From Skermanella sp. (GTDB taxonomy: Bacteria > Pseudomonadota > Alphaproteobacteria > Azospirillales > Azospirillaceae), in NCBI GenBank assembly GCA_035630415.1, contig DASQKT010000384.1, positions 1 through 32,109 on the forward strand: a stretch of DNA of 32,109 nt. The letters run 5' to 3'. The translations under genes were made by a program, and so were the position numbers. Positions 1-9,240 of this stretch are shown one piece after another (positions within the stretch are counted from its first letter, which is position 1; each line of letters starts with the position of its first letter). The notes under the pieces are model-generated. The model had not been told where the DNA came from, did not search any database, and was given only the letters and a program-made list of their open reading frames with translations.

Positions 1-270
1 ATATCCGGCAGCGGACCCATGGCCTCCCGGAACCTTCGTGACCCCTGCCGTGGCGACGTCGCCCGGCAACCCGACGGCGGCCCGGATCAGGAGCTCGTCG
101 CTTCCGGGGATTGTCTGCATGATCTTGGCGATCGGGGTCTGAAGCCCTCGGGCGACCAGTTCGCACGCCCTTTGGAGGATGAGATCCAGGTCGAAGCACG
201 ACAATGCGAATTGGCCGAACTCGGCCAGCGCATCCTGTTGTTCGGACCACCCTTGCTGTTGGCTGTGCAT
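1..270 (-). CDS. GAF-domain sensor protein, N-terminal part (probably HWE/HisKA_2-type histidine kinase); runs off the window
   Basis: Not in the ORF track. My translation from ATG 270 is MHSQQQGWSEQQDALAEFGQFALSCFDLDLILQRACELVARGLQTPIAKIMQTIPGSDELLIRAAVG...GSAAGY, open to base 1. AGGAGG RBS lies about 11 nt upstream. The pattern is typical of GAF N-termini of alphaproteobacterial sensor kinases; the kinase domain is not visible. Confidence 0.75.
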   Translation of the reverse strand, partial: MHSQQQGWSEQQDALAEFGQFALSCFDLDLILQRACELVARGLQTPIAKIMQTIPGSDELLIRAAVGLPGDVATAGVTKVPGGHGSAAGY

Positions 271-342
271 GGTAAGTTGAGCCTCCTGGACGAGCAGTTC
301 CCGATGGCTTTTGCCAAGGCCATGACCCGGCTTTGCCAAGAC

Positions 343-367
343 AACTTGCCCACAAGCCCAACGTTCC
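343..367 (-). promoter_or_regulatory. Putative EcfG (sigmaT/RpoE2) general-stress promoter
   Basis: Minus strand reads GGAAC-gttgggcttgtgggca(16 nt)-AGTT, close to the GGAAC-N16/17-(C)GTT consensus, about 70 nt upstream of the GAF gene. Confidence 0.45.
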
Positions 368-369
368 CG

Positions 370-394
370 CCGGACGGCTTTCTCCGCCGCCCGG
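370..394 (-). terminator. GC-rich hairpin just after the nuoD stop (possible terminator or stabiliser)
   Basis: Minus strand CCGGGCGGC-ggagaaa-GCCGTCCGG gives a 9-bp stem with one G-U pair; no U-tract. Confidence 0.3.
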
Positions 395-404
395 TGCGGA
401 ATGC

Positions 405-1613
405 TCAGCGGTCGATCTCGCCGAAGACGACGTCGATGGAGCCGATGATGGCGACGGCATCCGCCAGCATGTGACCCTTGGCCATGGCGTCCATCGCCTG
501 AAGGTGGGCGAAGCCCGTGCCCCGGATCTTGCAGCGGTAGGGTTTGTACGTGCCGTCCGCGATCAGGAAGACGCCGAACTCGCCCTTGGGCGATTCCGTT
601 GCCGTATAGGTTTCACCGGCGGGAACGTGAAAGCCTTCGGTATAGAGCTTGAAGTGATGGATCAGGGCTTCCATCGACCGCTTCATCTCGCCCCGGCGCG
701 GAGGCGATACCTTGTGGTCCTGTATCCGGATCGGTCCATCCGGCATCTGCTCCAGGCACTGCCGGATGATGCGGTTGCTTTGCCTCATTTCCTCGATCCG
801 CACCAGATAACGGGCATAGCAGTCGCCGGTCAGTCCGACCGGGATGTCGAAATCCATCTTCTCGTAGACATCGTAGGGTTCGGCCTTGCGCAGGTCCCAG
901 GCGACGTTGGACGCGCGCAGGCACGGCCCCGTGAAGCCCCAGTCGAGCGCCTGGGCTTCGCTGACGATCCCGATGTCCACGGTGCGCTGCTTGAAGATCC
1001 TGTTCTCCGACAGCAAATCCTCCAGTTCGTCGACGAATTTGGAAAACTGCTCGGTGTAGGCCCAGATGTCGTCGGCCAAGCCCGCCGGCAGGTCCAGGTT
1101 GACGCCGCCGGGCCGGAAGTAGTTGGCGTGCAGCCGGGCGCCCGAAACGCGCTCGTAGAACCCCATCAGCTCCTCGCGCTGCTCGAAGCCCCAGAGCGAC
1201 GGCGTGATCGCGCCGACATCGAGCGCGTAGGTCGTGATGTTCAGCAGGTGGTTCAGGATGCGGGTGATTTCCGCGAACATCACCCGGATATACTGGGCTC
1301 GCGGTGGGGCCTGGATGCGCAGCAGCTTTTCGATGGCGAGCACATAGGTGTGCTCCATGCACATCGGGGAGACGTAATCGAGCCGGTCGAAGTACGGGAT
1401 GGACTGGAGATAGGTCTTGTACTCCATGAACTTCTCGGTCCCGCGATGGAGCAGGCCGATATGGGGGTCGGCCCGTTCGACGATTTCGCCGTCCATCTCC
1501 AGGATGAGCCGCAGGACGCCGTGGGCGGCCGGGTGCTGCGGCCCGAAGTTCATGGTGTAGGTCTTGATCTTACCGGGATCGTCGGCGGCGGTGGTCGCGG
1601 TCTGGACAGCCAT
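405..1613 (-). CDS. nuoD: NADH-quinone oxidoreductase subunit D
   Basis: [46 protein letters not shown] and C-terminal [12 protein letters not shown] 1613 overlaps the nuoC stop (alternative GTG 1616). Confidence 0.98.
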   Translation of the reverse strand: MAVQTATTAADDPGKIKTYTMNFGPQHPAAHGVLRLILEMDGEIVERADPHIGLLHRGTEKFMEYKTYLQSIPYFDRLDYVSPMCMEHTYVLAIEKLLRIQAPPRAQYIRVMFAEITRILNHLLNITTYALDVGAITPSLWGFEQREELMGFYERVSGARLHANYFRPGGVNLDLPAGLADDIWAYTEQFSKFVDELEDLLSENRIFKQRTVDIGIVSEAQALDWGFTGPCLRASNVAWDLRKAEPYDVYEKMDFDIPVGLTGDCYARYLVRIEEMRQSNRIIRQCLEQMPDGPIRIQDHKVSPPRRGEMKRSMEALIHHFKLYTEGFHVPAGETYTATESPKGEFGVFLIADGTYKPYRCKIRGTGFAHLQAMDAMAKGHMLADAVAIIGSIDVVFGEIDR

Positions 1614-2254
1614 CACTTGTTGCTCCCCGGCATGTTGCCGCCCGTCGGCGCTTCGGCCTTTTCGTCGCCCGCCAGCATGACGTTGGTCATGCCTTCCCAG
1701 GGCGACAGGAAGTCGAACGAGCGGAAATCCTGCTGCAATTTCACCGGTTCATAGACCACCCGCTTCTGCTCGTCGTCGTACCGCATCTCGACGTAGCCGG
1801 TCAGGGGAAAGTCCTTCCGCATCGGATGCCCCTCGAACCCGTAGTCGGTCAGGATGCGGCGCAGGTCCGGATGGTCGGAGAAGAACACGCCGAACAGGTC
1901 CCAGATCTCGCGCTCGAACCAGTTGGCGACGGTGTAGACGCCGGTGACCGACGGTACGGGCGTGTCCTCGTTCGTACCCAGCTTGATCCGGATGCGCTGG
2001 TTGTGACGCAGGCTGAGCAGATTGTAGACCACGTCGAAACGCTCGTCGCGTTCAGGGTAATCGGCCGCCGTGATGTCCATCAACTGCTGGAACTGGCACA
2101 TCACATCGTCGCGCAGGAAGGTCATCACCCTGATGAGTTCGGCGCGTTCGATCCTGACGACCAGCTCGTTCAGAAGAATGTCCACCGAGCGGACCGTACC
2201 GGGCAGGCTCGCTTCGATATGCGTCCCCAGCTTCTGAAGCGCTTCGTTACTCAT
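1613..2254 (-). CDS. nuoC: NADH-quinone oxidoreductase subunit C
   Basis: [63 protein letters not shown]. Start placed at MSNEAL (2254). Confidence 0.97.
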   Translation of the reverse strand: MSNEALQKLGTHIEASLPGTVRSVDILLNELVVRIERAELIRVMTFLRDDVMCQFQQLMDITAADYPERDERFDVVYNLLSLRHNQRIRIKLGTNEDTPVPSVTGVYTVANWFEREIWDLFGVFFSDHPDLRRILTDYGFEGHPMRKDFPLTGYVEMRYDDEQKRVVYEPVKLQQDFRSFDFLSPWEGMTNVMLAGDEKAEAPTGGNMPGSNK

Positions 2255-2561
2255 CGACCGATTCTTCCCTGAAGTAGGTTCCCGAATGGATACCCGTGGA
2301 GCCGGTCTGCACGACCGCGATGCCGCGCGGGCACCGGATAGGCCAGCCAAACAGGCCTGCCGGCGGATCGTTGTTGGTAACTTCAGGCAGAAACCCTTCG
2401 GACGGGGGACTGGGAACGATCGACCGGCTCCAGGCGAGGTGAAATCATACCAATGTCAGAAGGCCTATCACTTAATCGTATGAGCCTTTGCTTTCCCTGT
2501 CCGGTTATCGCCCCAGGGAGCCGGCGCCGATGCTGCAAGCCGGCGGCAAGGCATGGTTCCG

Positions 2562-2579
2562 CCACGCGCATGCGCGTGG
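2562..2579. promoter_or_regulatory. Perfect 18-bp palindrome CCACGCGCATGCGCGTGG
   Basis: Read directly in the divergent intergenic region between nuoC and the 2604 ORF; function unknown. Confidence 0.35.
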
Positions 2580-2603
2580 ACCGATCGGAAGAAGGAGAAG
2601 CCG

Positions 2604-3035
2604 ATGGCTAATCAAAACCAGAACGACACCCGGACTCAGGGTTCGCGGTCGAGCGGCGGGCGACAGGATAGCGCCGGAATCGACCCCAACAGCGCCTTTC
2701 CCGGCAACGCGGCCGGCGTCACCCAGCAGGCTACGACGGACCCGGCGGGAGCCGCCGGCGGGCAGCAGGGCGATGGCGCGCCTATGGCGGACATCATAGA
2801 CAAGGCGAAGAACAAGACCGCTGCGGAACTGCCGAACGCGACGGGCTCCAAGGCCTCCGAGGAAGCGGATCGCACCCTGCGCGCCGCAAGCCACATGAGC
2901 ACAGGCAATCTTCCTCACGGCGGGGACGATCCTCAACACCGCACCAATGGGTCCATGACGCCGATGCCCGCCGAAACGGGCGGCAAGGGGAACGTGGGCG
3001 ATACGCCTATGAAGGATACGGGACCCGACAGGTAG
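2604..3035 (+). CDS. Hydrophilic low-complexity (likely disordered) hypothetical protein, 143 aa
   Basis: GAAGGAG RBS before ATG 2604 (MANQNQNDTRTQG...); rich in G/A/D/N/Q/T/S with almost no hydrophobic core. Confidence 0.75.
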   Translation: MANQNQNDTRTQGSRSSGGRQDSAGIDPNSAFPGNAAGVTQQATTDPAGAAGGQQGDGAPMADIIDKAKNKTAAELPNATGSKASEEADRTLRAASHMSTGNLPHGGDDPQHRTNGSMTPMPAETGGKGNVGDTPMKDTGPDR

Positions 3036-3145
3036 CGGGGCCGAGGGATTCCGGGATGGTGTCCGATCGCTTGGGTGACGCCGTCCCGTGAATCATTTAT
3101 TGGTTTGGATGTTGCCGCCCGGCCGGCCAACTCTAGCTACGGTAA

Positions 3146-3502
3146 ATGAACTTGGACTTCATGCAGTTCCATACCGAGCAGGCAAGCTCTCTGCTCCGGG
3201 CGATGGGAAACCCGCATCGCTTGCGCATCCTGCTGCTCCTGGCGGAACGTGAACGCTCGGTCATCGAGCTGGAGGCGCTGGTCGGCCTCAGCCAATCGGC
3301 GGTATCGCAGCATCTTGCGCGGTTGCGTCAGACCAAACTAGTCAGTTTCCGGCGCGATGGCCAAATGACGTTCTATGCGCTGGACGGCGCCGAGGTCCGG
3401 AGCATCCTGATGACGCTCCACCTTCTCTATGGCAGGGATCAGGGTGCGGCGGCTGCCGTACCTTTGGTGGCTGCCGATAGCCCGGTGGATCGCGCCCGCT
3501 GA
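3146..3502 (+). CDS. ArsR/SmtB-family transcriptional regulator (NolR/HlyU-like, no Cys)
   Basis: LLRAMGNPHRLRILLLL..ERSVIELEALVGLSQSAVSQHLARLR..LVSFRRDGQMTFYAL winged-HTH pattern. Confidence 0.93.
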   Translation: MNLDFMQFHTEQASSLLRAMGNPHRLRILLLLAERERSVIELEALVGLSQSAVSQHLARLRQTKLVSFRRDGQMTFYALDGAEVRSILMTLHLLYGRDQGAAAAVPLVAADSPVDRAR

Positions 3503-3890
3503 CGCTATCGGTTCTGATCGCCGGCAGCTGGCAATAGTGTAGGTCATGTTCTCCGCGAGCGTCAGCGTGAAGCACGTACCATGGACGTCAGTGACGGAAA
3601 GACCGGCGAGGAGCCGCTGCACCTGTGATTTCCGCATTCTGAAGAACGAGAATGTACTGACCGCGGTTATCGTCCGCAAAGTAACCCTGCGCATTTCGGA
3701 GTTCGAGCAGCGGCGGCACTGAATGCCGGCATAGGAGCCGAATTGATTCATTAGAGAAATGTGATTGATCGCGTATCGGATTGTTGATTCGCGTGTGGTG
3801 GGATCGAAGGCAGGCAGCGGCACGATCCAGGAAGCCTGTTCAGTGGAGAGACAGGTTGTCCGGCTCGCCGAAAATCCCCCCGATATTGAC

Positions 3891-3908
3891 TGGCACCGTA
3901 CCGTGCCA
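3891..3908. promoter_or_regulatory. Inverted repeat TGGCAC-N6-GTGCCA (candidate operator)
   Basis: Read directly; adjoins TTGAC at 3886 and ends 28 nt before the GTG at 3937. Confidence 0.35.
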
Positions 3909-3936
3909 TCTTCGTCTGGGGCGGAAGGGGGTAAGT

Positions 3937-4212
3937 GTGCTGAGGGAATTCTACGTAACCTGCCGTGTCGATAAATGGTATGTCGATGAAGGCATGGAAT
4001 CGCATGGTCCTTATCTGAGCCGGCACGACGCCATCGCCGACGCGGTGGAAGCAGCCAAGCTGCTGGCCAAGCCGAAAAAGCCGATCGAAGTCATCCTGAA
4101 GGTACGTGGATCGGGAGCCGAGTTGATCTGGAGTTCCAGGAAGTCCTACCTTCCCGTACCGAACTCTTTTGCCTTGGACAATCAGAAGCAGCTCGAAGGT
4201 TTCGGCCTATGA
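3937..4212 (+). CDS. Small hypothetical protein (DUF2188-like pattern), 91 aa
   Basis: GTG start after a GGAAGGGG RBS; FYV...WYV..GMESHGPYLSRHDAIADAVEAAK...IEVIL resembles small beta-beta-alpha proteins. Confidence 0.6.
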   Translation: MLREFYVTCRVDKWYVDEGMESHGPYLSRHDAIADAVEAAKLLAKPKKPIEVILKVRGSGAELIWSSRKSYLPVPNSFALDNQKQLEGFGL

Positions 4213-4398
4213 CGTTCACCGTCCCCCAGGATTGTTCAGGCTGGAGATCATCGAGGTCGATGGTCGTCCACGGATCGGCGTTTCGATCGATGAGAGTGAC
4301 GGTCTCGCATCGATAACCAATTTATAATGTTCGGAAGCGTACAGACCATTCTATCCTAACCGTTGCCAGATACCCGCTATCAACAAGGGTGGTGTCTG

Positions 4399-4620
4399 AT
4401 GGTGGATATTGGTCCTGAAGCTAGGAATGCCCGGCTCGCAGCATTGATGGAGCGAGCAGAAAAGGTTTTCGAGCGTTCCCGTCGTTTGGTCGGCGAAGCG
4501 CGAAAAGTAAGATCCGAGGCCGAGGCGAAGTGTCGGCCGAACCTCGCGCAGAAAAGAACGGATAATGCGGATAGTATTTCAAACCATATTGAGGGAAATT
4601 CCCGCCAAGCAGCGGAATAG
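4399..4620 (+). CDS. Small helical hypothetical protein, 73 aa
   Basis: ATG 4399 (MVDIGPEARNARLAALMERAEKVFERSRRLVGEARK); coiled-coil-like; weak RBS. Confidence 0.45.
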   Translation: MVDIGPEARNARLAALMERAEKVFERSRRLVGEARKVRSEAEAKCRPNLAQKRTDNADSISNHIEGNSRQAAE

Positions 4621-4749
4621 TATTTTCATGCCGGTCATGGTCTTGCGGTTACATCAGGATTTCCTAATTGGGATATATCGCGCATCACGAATCCGGCTGT
4701 GGGCGACTGAGCGAGACGAGTGCTCCCGCTGGACCGAAAGGGGGCACAC

Positions 4750-5496
4750 GTGTCTCAGATCGACCAATCCGCCGTTCGCAACCGGCTTCTCGCCTCTCTT
4801 CCGCCCGCCGACTTCGCCCGTTTGGCAGCCTCCCTGACGCCCGTCTCCCTGTCCCTCAAGCAGGTTCTCCTTGAGGCGGATGAGCCGATCCAGGCTGCCT
4901 ACTTCGTCGAGACGGGCATGGTGTCGTATCTGGCATATCTGGAAAGCGGGGAAGCCATCGAAGTCGGCATCATCGGTTCCGAAGGCATGGTCGGGATGCC
5001 GCTGATCCTCGGCGTCGACAGCGGCCCGGCCGGAGCGATCGTCCAGATGCAAGGTACGGCTCTGCGCATCACCCCGGCAGCACTGAGGCAGGCCTTCGGC
5101 GCGAGCGAAGCGCTGCAAAGCCGACTACTGCGCTACATGCAGGCGCTTTATACCCAGGTTTCGCAAACGGCGGTGTGCAATGGCCACCACTCGATCGAGG
5201 AGCGCTTGGCCCGCTGGATACTCATGGCGGACGACCGCGCCGAGAGCGATCAGTTTCCGATGACCCATGAATTCATGGCGATGATGCTGGGGGTCCGCCG
5301 CTCCGGCGTGACCGTCACCGCCGGCACCCTGAAGCAGGCAGGCCTGATCGCGTATGGGGGTGGCCAGATGACCATACTCGACCGTTCAAGTCTGGAGGCT
5401 GCCGCGTGCGAATGCTACGGCACGGTTCAGCGGCATTTCGAGCAATTGTTCGGAAGCGGCGATTCGAAACGAGCCGGTCCGGAACGGCGTTCCTGA
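4750..5496 (+). CDS. Crp/Fnr-family transcriptional regulator
   Basis: NRLLASLP N-terminus, cNMP-binding barrel (YFVETGMVS..EVGIIGSEGMVG), HTH (MTHEFMAMMLGVRRSGVT), C-terminal ACECY; GTG start after AAAGGGG. Confidence 0.93.
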   Translation: MSQIDQSAVRNRLLASLPPADFARLAASLTPVSLSLKQVLLEADEPIQAAYFVETGMVSYLAYLESGEAIEVGIIGSEGMVGMPLILGVDSGPAGAIVQMQGTALRITPAALRQAFGASEALQSRLLRYMQALYTQVSQTAVCNGHHSIEERLARWILMADDRAESDQFPMTHEFMAMMLGVRRSGVTVTAGTLKQAGLIAYGGGQMTILDRSSLEAAACECYGTVQRHFEQLFGSGDSKRAGPERRS

Positions 5497-5660
5497 AGAC
5501 CGGCGCGTTCAAGGCGGTACTGCCCGCCCGCAAACACGGTGACTTCTAAAATTGCCGGCATGCCGCAGCAATCGGGACGGTGCCGCGTTACTCCCCTGAA
5601 GAAACATCGTGATCGCTCCAGTGCCGGTGGGGCCGATCCGGCAAGTCGAGGGGGAAGCCG

Positions 5661-6689
5661 ATGAAGATTTCAGGACTTTCGCAACTGGCGCTGTGCCTCG
5701 GTCTGGCATCCGCCGTCATGGCGGGGACGGCTGATTTCGCCAGTGCCGAGATCAAGTCGCGCAGCATCAAGCTGCCCATCGTCAACAATATCGAGCATCC
5801 GCAGGGTGTCGGCGCCAAGAAGTTTGCGGAGTTGATCGAGCAGAAGAGCGGCGGCAAGATCAAGGTCAGGGTCTATGCCGGCGGCACGCTCGGCGGCGAG
5901 CAGCAGGTCGCTTCGGCGATGCAGGGCGGCACGATCGAGGCTTCGATGATGGCCCCGGCGCAGCTCGTCGGCAACTTCAAGGACTTCCTCGTGCTCGACT
6001 TCCCGTTCGCCTTCGCGAACGAGCGGGAGGCCGATATCGTGCTCGACGGGCCGCTGGGCCGGAAGCTGCTGGAGCCGATGCCGGCACGGGGGCTGGTCGG
6101 ACTGGTCTACATGGAGCAGGGCTACCGCAGCATCACCAACAGCAAGCGGCCGATCGAGAAGCTTGAAGACATCCAGGGCCTCAAGATCCGCACGATCCTG
6201 AACCCGCTCTATATCGACATGCTTAACGCCTTGGGCGCCAACGCCGTGCCGATGCCGTTCCCGGAACTGTATACCGCGCTGGAAACCGGAACGGTGGACG
6301 GTCAGGAGAACCCCTATTCGACCGTCGAGGCCTCCAAGTTCGATGAAGTGCAGAAGTACTTCAGCAACACCAGGCACATCTACAATTCCCAGCTCCTGCT
6401 GGTCAGCAAGAAGTTCTGGGATCAGCTCTCGGATGAGGAAAAGAAGATCTTCGAGGAGGCCGCCGTCGAGACCAGGGACTATCAGCGCAAGGTGGCGCGC
6501 GAGATGGACGAGAAGTCCCGTCAGACCCTGGTCAAGAATGGCATGCAGATCAACGACATAGCACCGGAGGAGATCGCCCGCATGCGGGAGAAGGTCAAGC
6601 CGGTGGTCGATAAGTACGCGGCCCAGGTCGGCGAGGACCTGACGAAGGAGCTCTATGCCGAGATCGAAAAGGCTCGCGCCCAGCAATGA
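5661..6689 (+). CDS. dctP: TRAP transporter substrate-binding protein (DctP family)
   Basis: Signal peptide; GTLGGE, DFPFAF, EQGYRSIT, GLKIRT (carboxylate-binding Arg), ELYTALETGTVDGQEN. Confidence 0.95.
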   Translation: MKISGLSQLALCLGLASAVMAGTADFASAEIKSRSIKLPIVNNIEHPQGVGAKKFAELIEQKSGGKIKVRVYAGGTLGGEQQVASAMQGGTIEASMMAPAQLVGNFKDFLVLDFPFAFANEREADIVLDGPLGRKLLEPMPARGLVGLVYMEQGYRSITNSKRPIEKLEDIQGLKIRTILNPLYIDMLNALGANAVPMPFPELYTALETGTVDGQENPYSTVEASKFDEVQKYFSNTRHIYNSQLLLVSKKFWDQLSDEEKKIFEEAAVETRDYQRKVAREMDEKSRQTLVKNGMQINDIAPEEIARMREKVKPVVDKYAAQVGEDLTKELYAEIEKARAQQ

Positions 6690-6707
6690 CCCTTTTCCGC
6701 TCCGGCA

Positions 6708-7724
6708 TCACCTGACCGCCATGCGCTGGTTCTGACGGATCGTAGCACCGACTTCATCGATCCAGTCGACCAGCGCAAGGTTCAGCGTCTCGCTCACATG
6801 TTCGCGCGAGTCCTCCAGGACGGCGCGGACCGCGCGTTCGAAGCTGTCGCGGTTGACGACGGCGTCGAGCTGGGCGAGCACGAGGTCTACGATGGTGAAG
6901 ATCGATTTGGCGGCGATGACGACGAACACGGGACCACCGATCAGGGCCACGGGAATGCCGTAGCTGCCCAGCATCGCCACCACCGCCGAGGCGGAAACGC
7001 TCAACGATGCCGTGGTGGTCATGATCGGCCGCGTGACGCGCGCCGCGACGGCGTCGAACCGGCTGCCCGCCTCATAGGCCAGGGGCGGGATGATCTCCCT
7101 CGGCTCCAGCAGTGGCGGCAGCCCGGCGCAGAGGTCGGGTTTGTTGGCCGGTACGTCGATCTGGCGCAGGCCGGCCCAGGCTTCCCGGTTCAGCTCGAAG
7201 CAGAGCTTGTCGATCCGCCGGTCGGTGGAACGCAGCGCCGCCGCAGCAGCGGCTTCCAGGTCCAGGCGTGCGAGGTCCGGCTGAAGCCGCGCCTCGTAGG
7301 CGCCCAGCACGGTCGTCAGCAGACGCTCTTCGACCCGGTTCTGGACGTTGATGAAATCGCCGGTCGCCACCGACGCGATGCCGACGGCGATCGCTTTAAA
7401 TATCAGGATATAGCTGGTCCACCAGTCGAACACCCAGTCGACATAGTGGTCAGCCCGGCCCACCAACTCGGCATGGACCGGTGCCGCTTCCAGCTCCAGA
7501 TCCCGGAGCGCCGCCGCCCGGATGGCATCCAGGGAGCGCGACAGCAGCAGGTCGAAGTCGCCGGACCGCGCGGTATGCGCTGCAACGGCAGGCGGATCGG
7601 CGGGAACGATCGATCCGGCCGCCCCCGACGCCGGGCCGCTGCCGCCCAGCAGCACCGCCAGGATCATCAGTCCGCGCGCGGCCGTCGTGATGCGTGACCT
7701 TATTCCCCGTGCCTTCATCCCCAT
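6708..7724 (-). CDS. Secreted or membrane-associated hypothetical protein with C-terminal hydrophobic hairpin
   Basis: N-terminal signal; RADHYVDWVFDWWTSY segment; helical middle; hydrophobic C-terminal region then VDLVLAQLDAVVNRDSFE. Alternative start 7718 gives an ATGA overlap with the upstream stop. Confidence 0.75.
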   Translation of the reverse strand: MGMKARGIRSRITTAARGLMILAVLLGGSGPASGAAGSIVPADPPAVAAHTARSGDFDLLLSRSLDAIRAAALRDLELEAAPVHAELVGRADHYVDWVFDWWTSYILIFKAIAVGIASVATGDFINVQNRVEERLLTTVLGAYEARLQPDLARLDLEAAAAAALRSTDRRIDKLCFELNREAWAGLRQIDVPANKPDLCAGLPPLLEPREIIPPLAYEAGSRFDAVAARVTRPIMTTTASLSVSASAVVAMLGSYGIPVALIGGPVFVVIAAKSIFTIVDLVLAQLDAVVNRDSFERAVRAVLEDSREHVSETLNLALVDWIDEVGATIRQNQRMAVR

Positions 7725-8485
7725 CGCAGGATATCCATTATGGTCCAGGCGGAGATGCTCATGTCACCCGACCATGGATGGTTCATCAGGATGGCGAGAT
7801 AGGCGATGGTGACGGCCGCGAGCGACATCATCGTGGACAGCAGCATCTGGATAAACAGCGAGGGGCCGGTGACCAGCGAGGCGAACGCCATCGTCGTCGC
7901 GGTGGCGAAGGCGACGCCCAGCCAGGCGTAGCCCATCAGCGGGTCGGGAATGCTGCGGGCGAGGCGCTTGGCGCGGACATCGACGAGCTGCGCCAGGGTT
8001 TCGCCGGTATTGTCCGCCGCCGCCATCACCGGCGCCGCCGCCGCCGCCATGGTGACGAGCATGTCGTCGAACGCTCCCTGGGTGGCGGGATCGGTCCTGC
8101 CGCCGGCGATGGCGGGCAACTCGCGTTCCACCACCATGCGGGCGTACCGCTCGACCAGGACGCCCAGCCCTTCCGGATCGGCCCGGCGGGCCGTGAAGTG
8201 AAGGCCGGTGAGGAGCCGGCCTTCCAGGTCCAGCAGCGTCCGCAGGTCGTATTGCAGCATGGCTCCATGGACCAGCACGAAGACCAGAAGTCCCGAGAAG
8301 ATCTGGCCCAGGACTTCCAGCTTCAGCCCGGTCAGGCTGACGTCGCGCTCGTCGGGGCCGATCACGTAGGTCGCGACGAGAGCGCCCAGCGTACCGATGA
8401 CGGCGCTGCCTATCACGGCCCACGTGCCCCCCACGGCCATCGGCTGTTCGGCGATCCATCGCGCAAGGCTGGCGAACATTTCCAT
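7715..8485 (-). CDS. DUF4239 (bestrophin-like) membrane protein, copy 3
   Basis: True start MEMFAS at 8485 inside the long track ORF. TM-TM (GQIFSGLLVFVLV), LEG..L, YARMVVERELPAI, VDVRAKRL, two TMs, MNHPWSGDMSIS. Confidence 0.8.
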   Translation of the reverse strand: MEMFASLARWIAEQPMAVGGTWAVIGSAVIGTLGALVATYVIGPDERDVSLTGLKLEVLGQIFSGLLVFVLVHGAMLQYDLRTLLDLEGRLLTGLHFTARRADPEGLGVLVERYARMVVERELPAIAGGRTDPATQGAFDDMLVTMAAAAAPVMAAADNTGETLAQLVDVRAKRLARSIPDPLMGYAWLGVAFATATTMAFASLVTGPSLFIQMLLSTMMSLAAVTIAYLAILMNHPWSGDMSISAWTIMDILRWG

Positions 8486-8490
8486 GGCGG

Positions 8491-9240
8491 TCAGAGTCCC
8501 GGCAGGGCGACGAACTGATGCGGGCTGAGCGGCGTGGTCCCGGCGAACGGGCTGCCCATCGCCCAGGCAAGGTGAAGCATCTGCGCCGTCGTCATCGTCA
8601 GCATCGACGTCGTCACGGCATGGATGAAGACCGATGTCGAGCCCAGCGCCCAATTGAAGGCGATGGAGACGAGGGCCAGCGCACCGACTGCCGTCCACAG
8701 CATCCTGTTGAACGCGTTGCCCGCCGCCACGTCGATGCGCTGGTTTCGGGCCGCGACGGCGGCCACCGCCAACTGGCTGCCCATCCCTGCGGCTAACGGC
8801 GATGACAGGCTTGCCGGCGCATTGTGGAAGGCGCGAAGCACCGCGTCGAACCGCCGCTCGGCGACCGGGCTGTGCGCGCCGGCCGCCATCTCGCGCCACT
8901 CGTCGGCGGCGACCGCCTCGCCATAATCCTTGACCGCCGCCGCGATCCGGCCGTCGCCGTCCAGACCGCCGGCACTGGAGACCATGACCAGCGCACGCAA
9001 CGCCGCCGTTTCCCGAGCCATGGCCGTCGCCGCGGATTCCCGCGTGTCGCTGGCCTGGACCAGGACGAAGGCGGCGAAGCCGGCGAAGACCTGGGCGAAA
9101 TACATGTATTTGACGCCGCCGCCGGGATTGTTGCCGGCAAGTTCCGCGTCGGTCAGGTAGTAGCGGACCACTATCAAACCCGATATCGCCCAGAAAGCCG
9201 CCCCGGCCATCCAAAGGAGGAACTCGGTCGTAAGCGTCAT
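8491..9240 (-). CDS. DUF4239 (bestrophin-like) membrane protein, copy 2
   Basis: AQVFAGFAAFVLVQA, ETAALRAL, DYGEAVAADEWREMAAG, ARNQRI, two TMs, MGSPFAGTTPLSP; the best match to the DUF4239 pattern. Confidence 0.88.
   Translation of the reverse strand: MTLTTEFLLWMAGAAFWAISGLIVVRYYLTDAELAGNNPGGGVKYMYFAQVFAGFAAFVLVQASDTRESAATAMARETAALRALVMVSSAGGLDGDGRIAAAVKDYGEAVAADEWREMAAGAHSPVAERRFDAVLRAFHNAPASLSSPLAAGMGSQLAVAAVAARNQRIDVAAGNAFNRMLWTAVGALALVSIAFNWALGSTSVFIHAVTTSMLTMTTAQMLHLAWAMGSPFAGTTPLSPHQFVALPGL

Noticed and set aside
310-340. Direct repeat TTTGCCAAG x2
   Set aside because: Only two short copies in an untranslated region; no assignable function.
333-1754. 473-aa plus-strand ORF
   Set aside because: Antisense shadow of nuoD, a common artefact in high-GC DNA.
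3757-3778. CRP site (AAATGTGA half-site)
   Set aside because: The second half reads GCGTA rather than TCACA.
3891-3908. Sigma54 promoter at TGGCAC
   Set aside because: GG-to-GC spacing is 11 rather than 10 and TTGC is absent; kept only as a palindrome.
7715-9214. 499-aa ORF read as a single protein
   Set aside because: The N-terminal 243 codons are an off-frame overlap of the 8491-9240 gene; the real gene starts at 8485.
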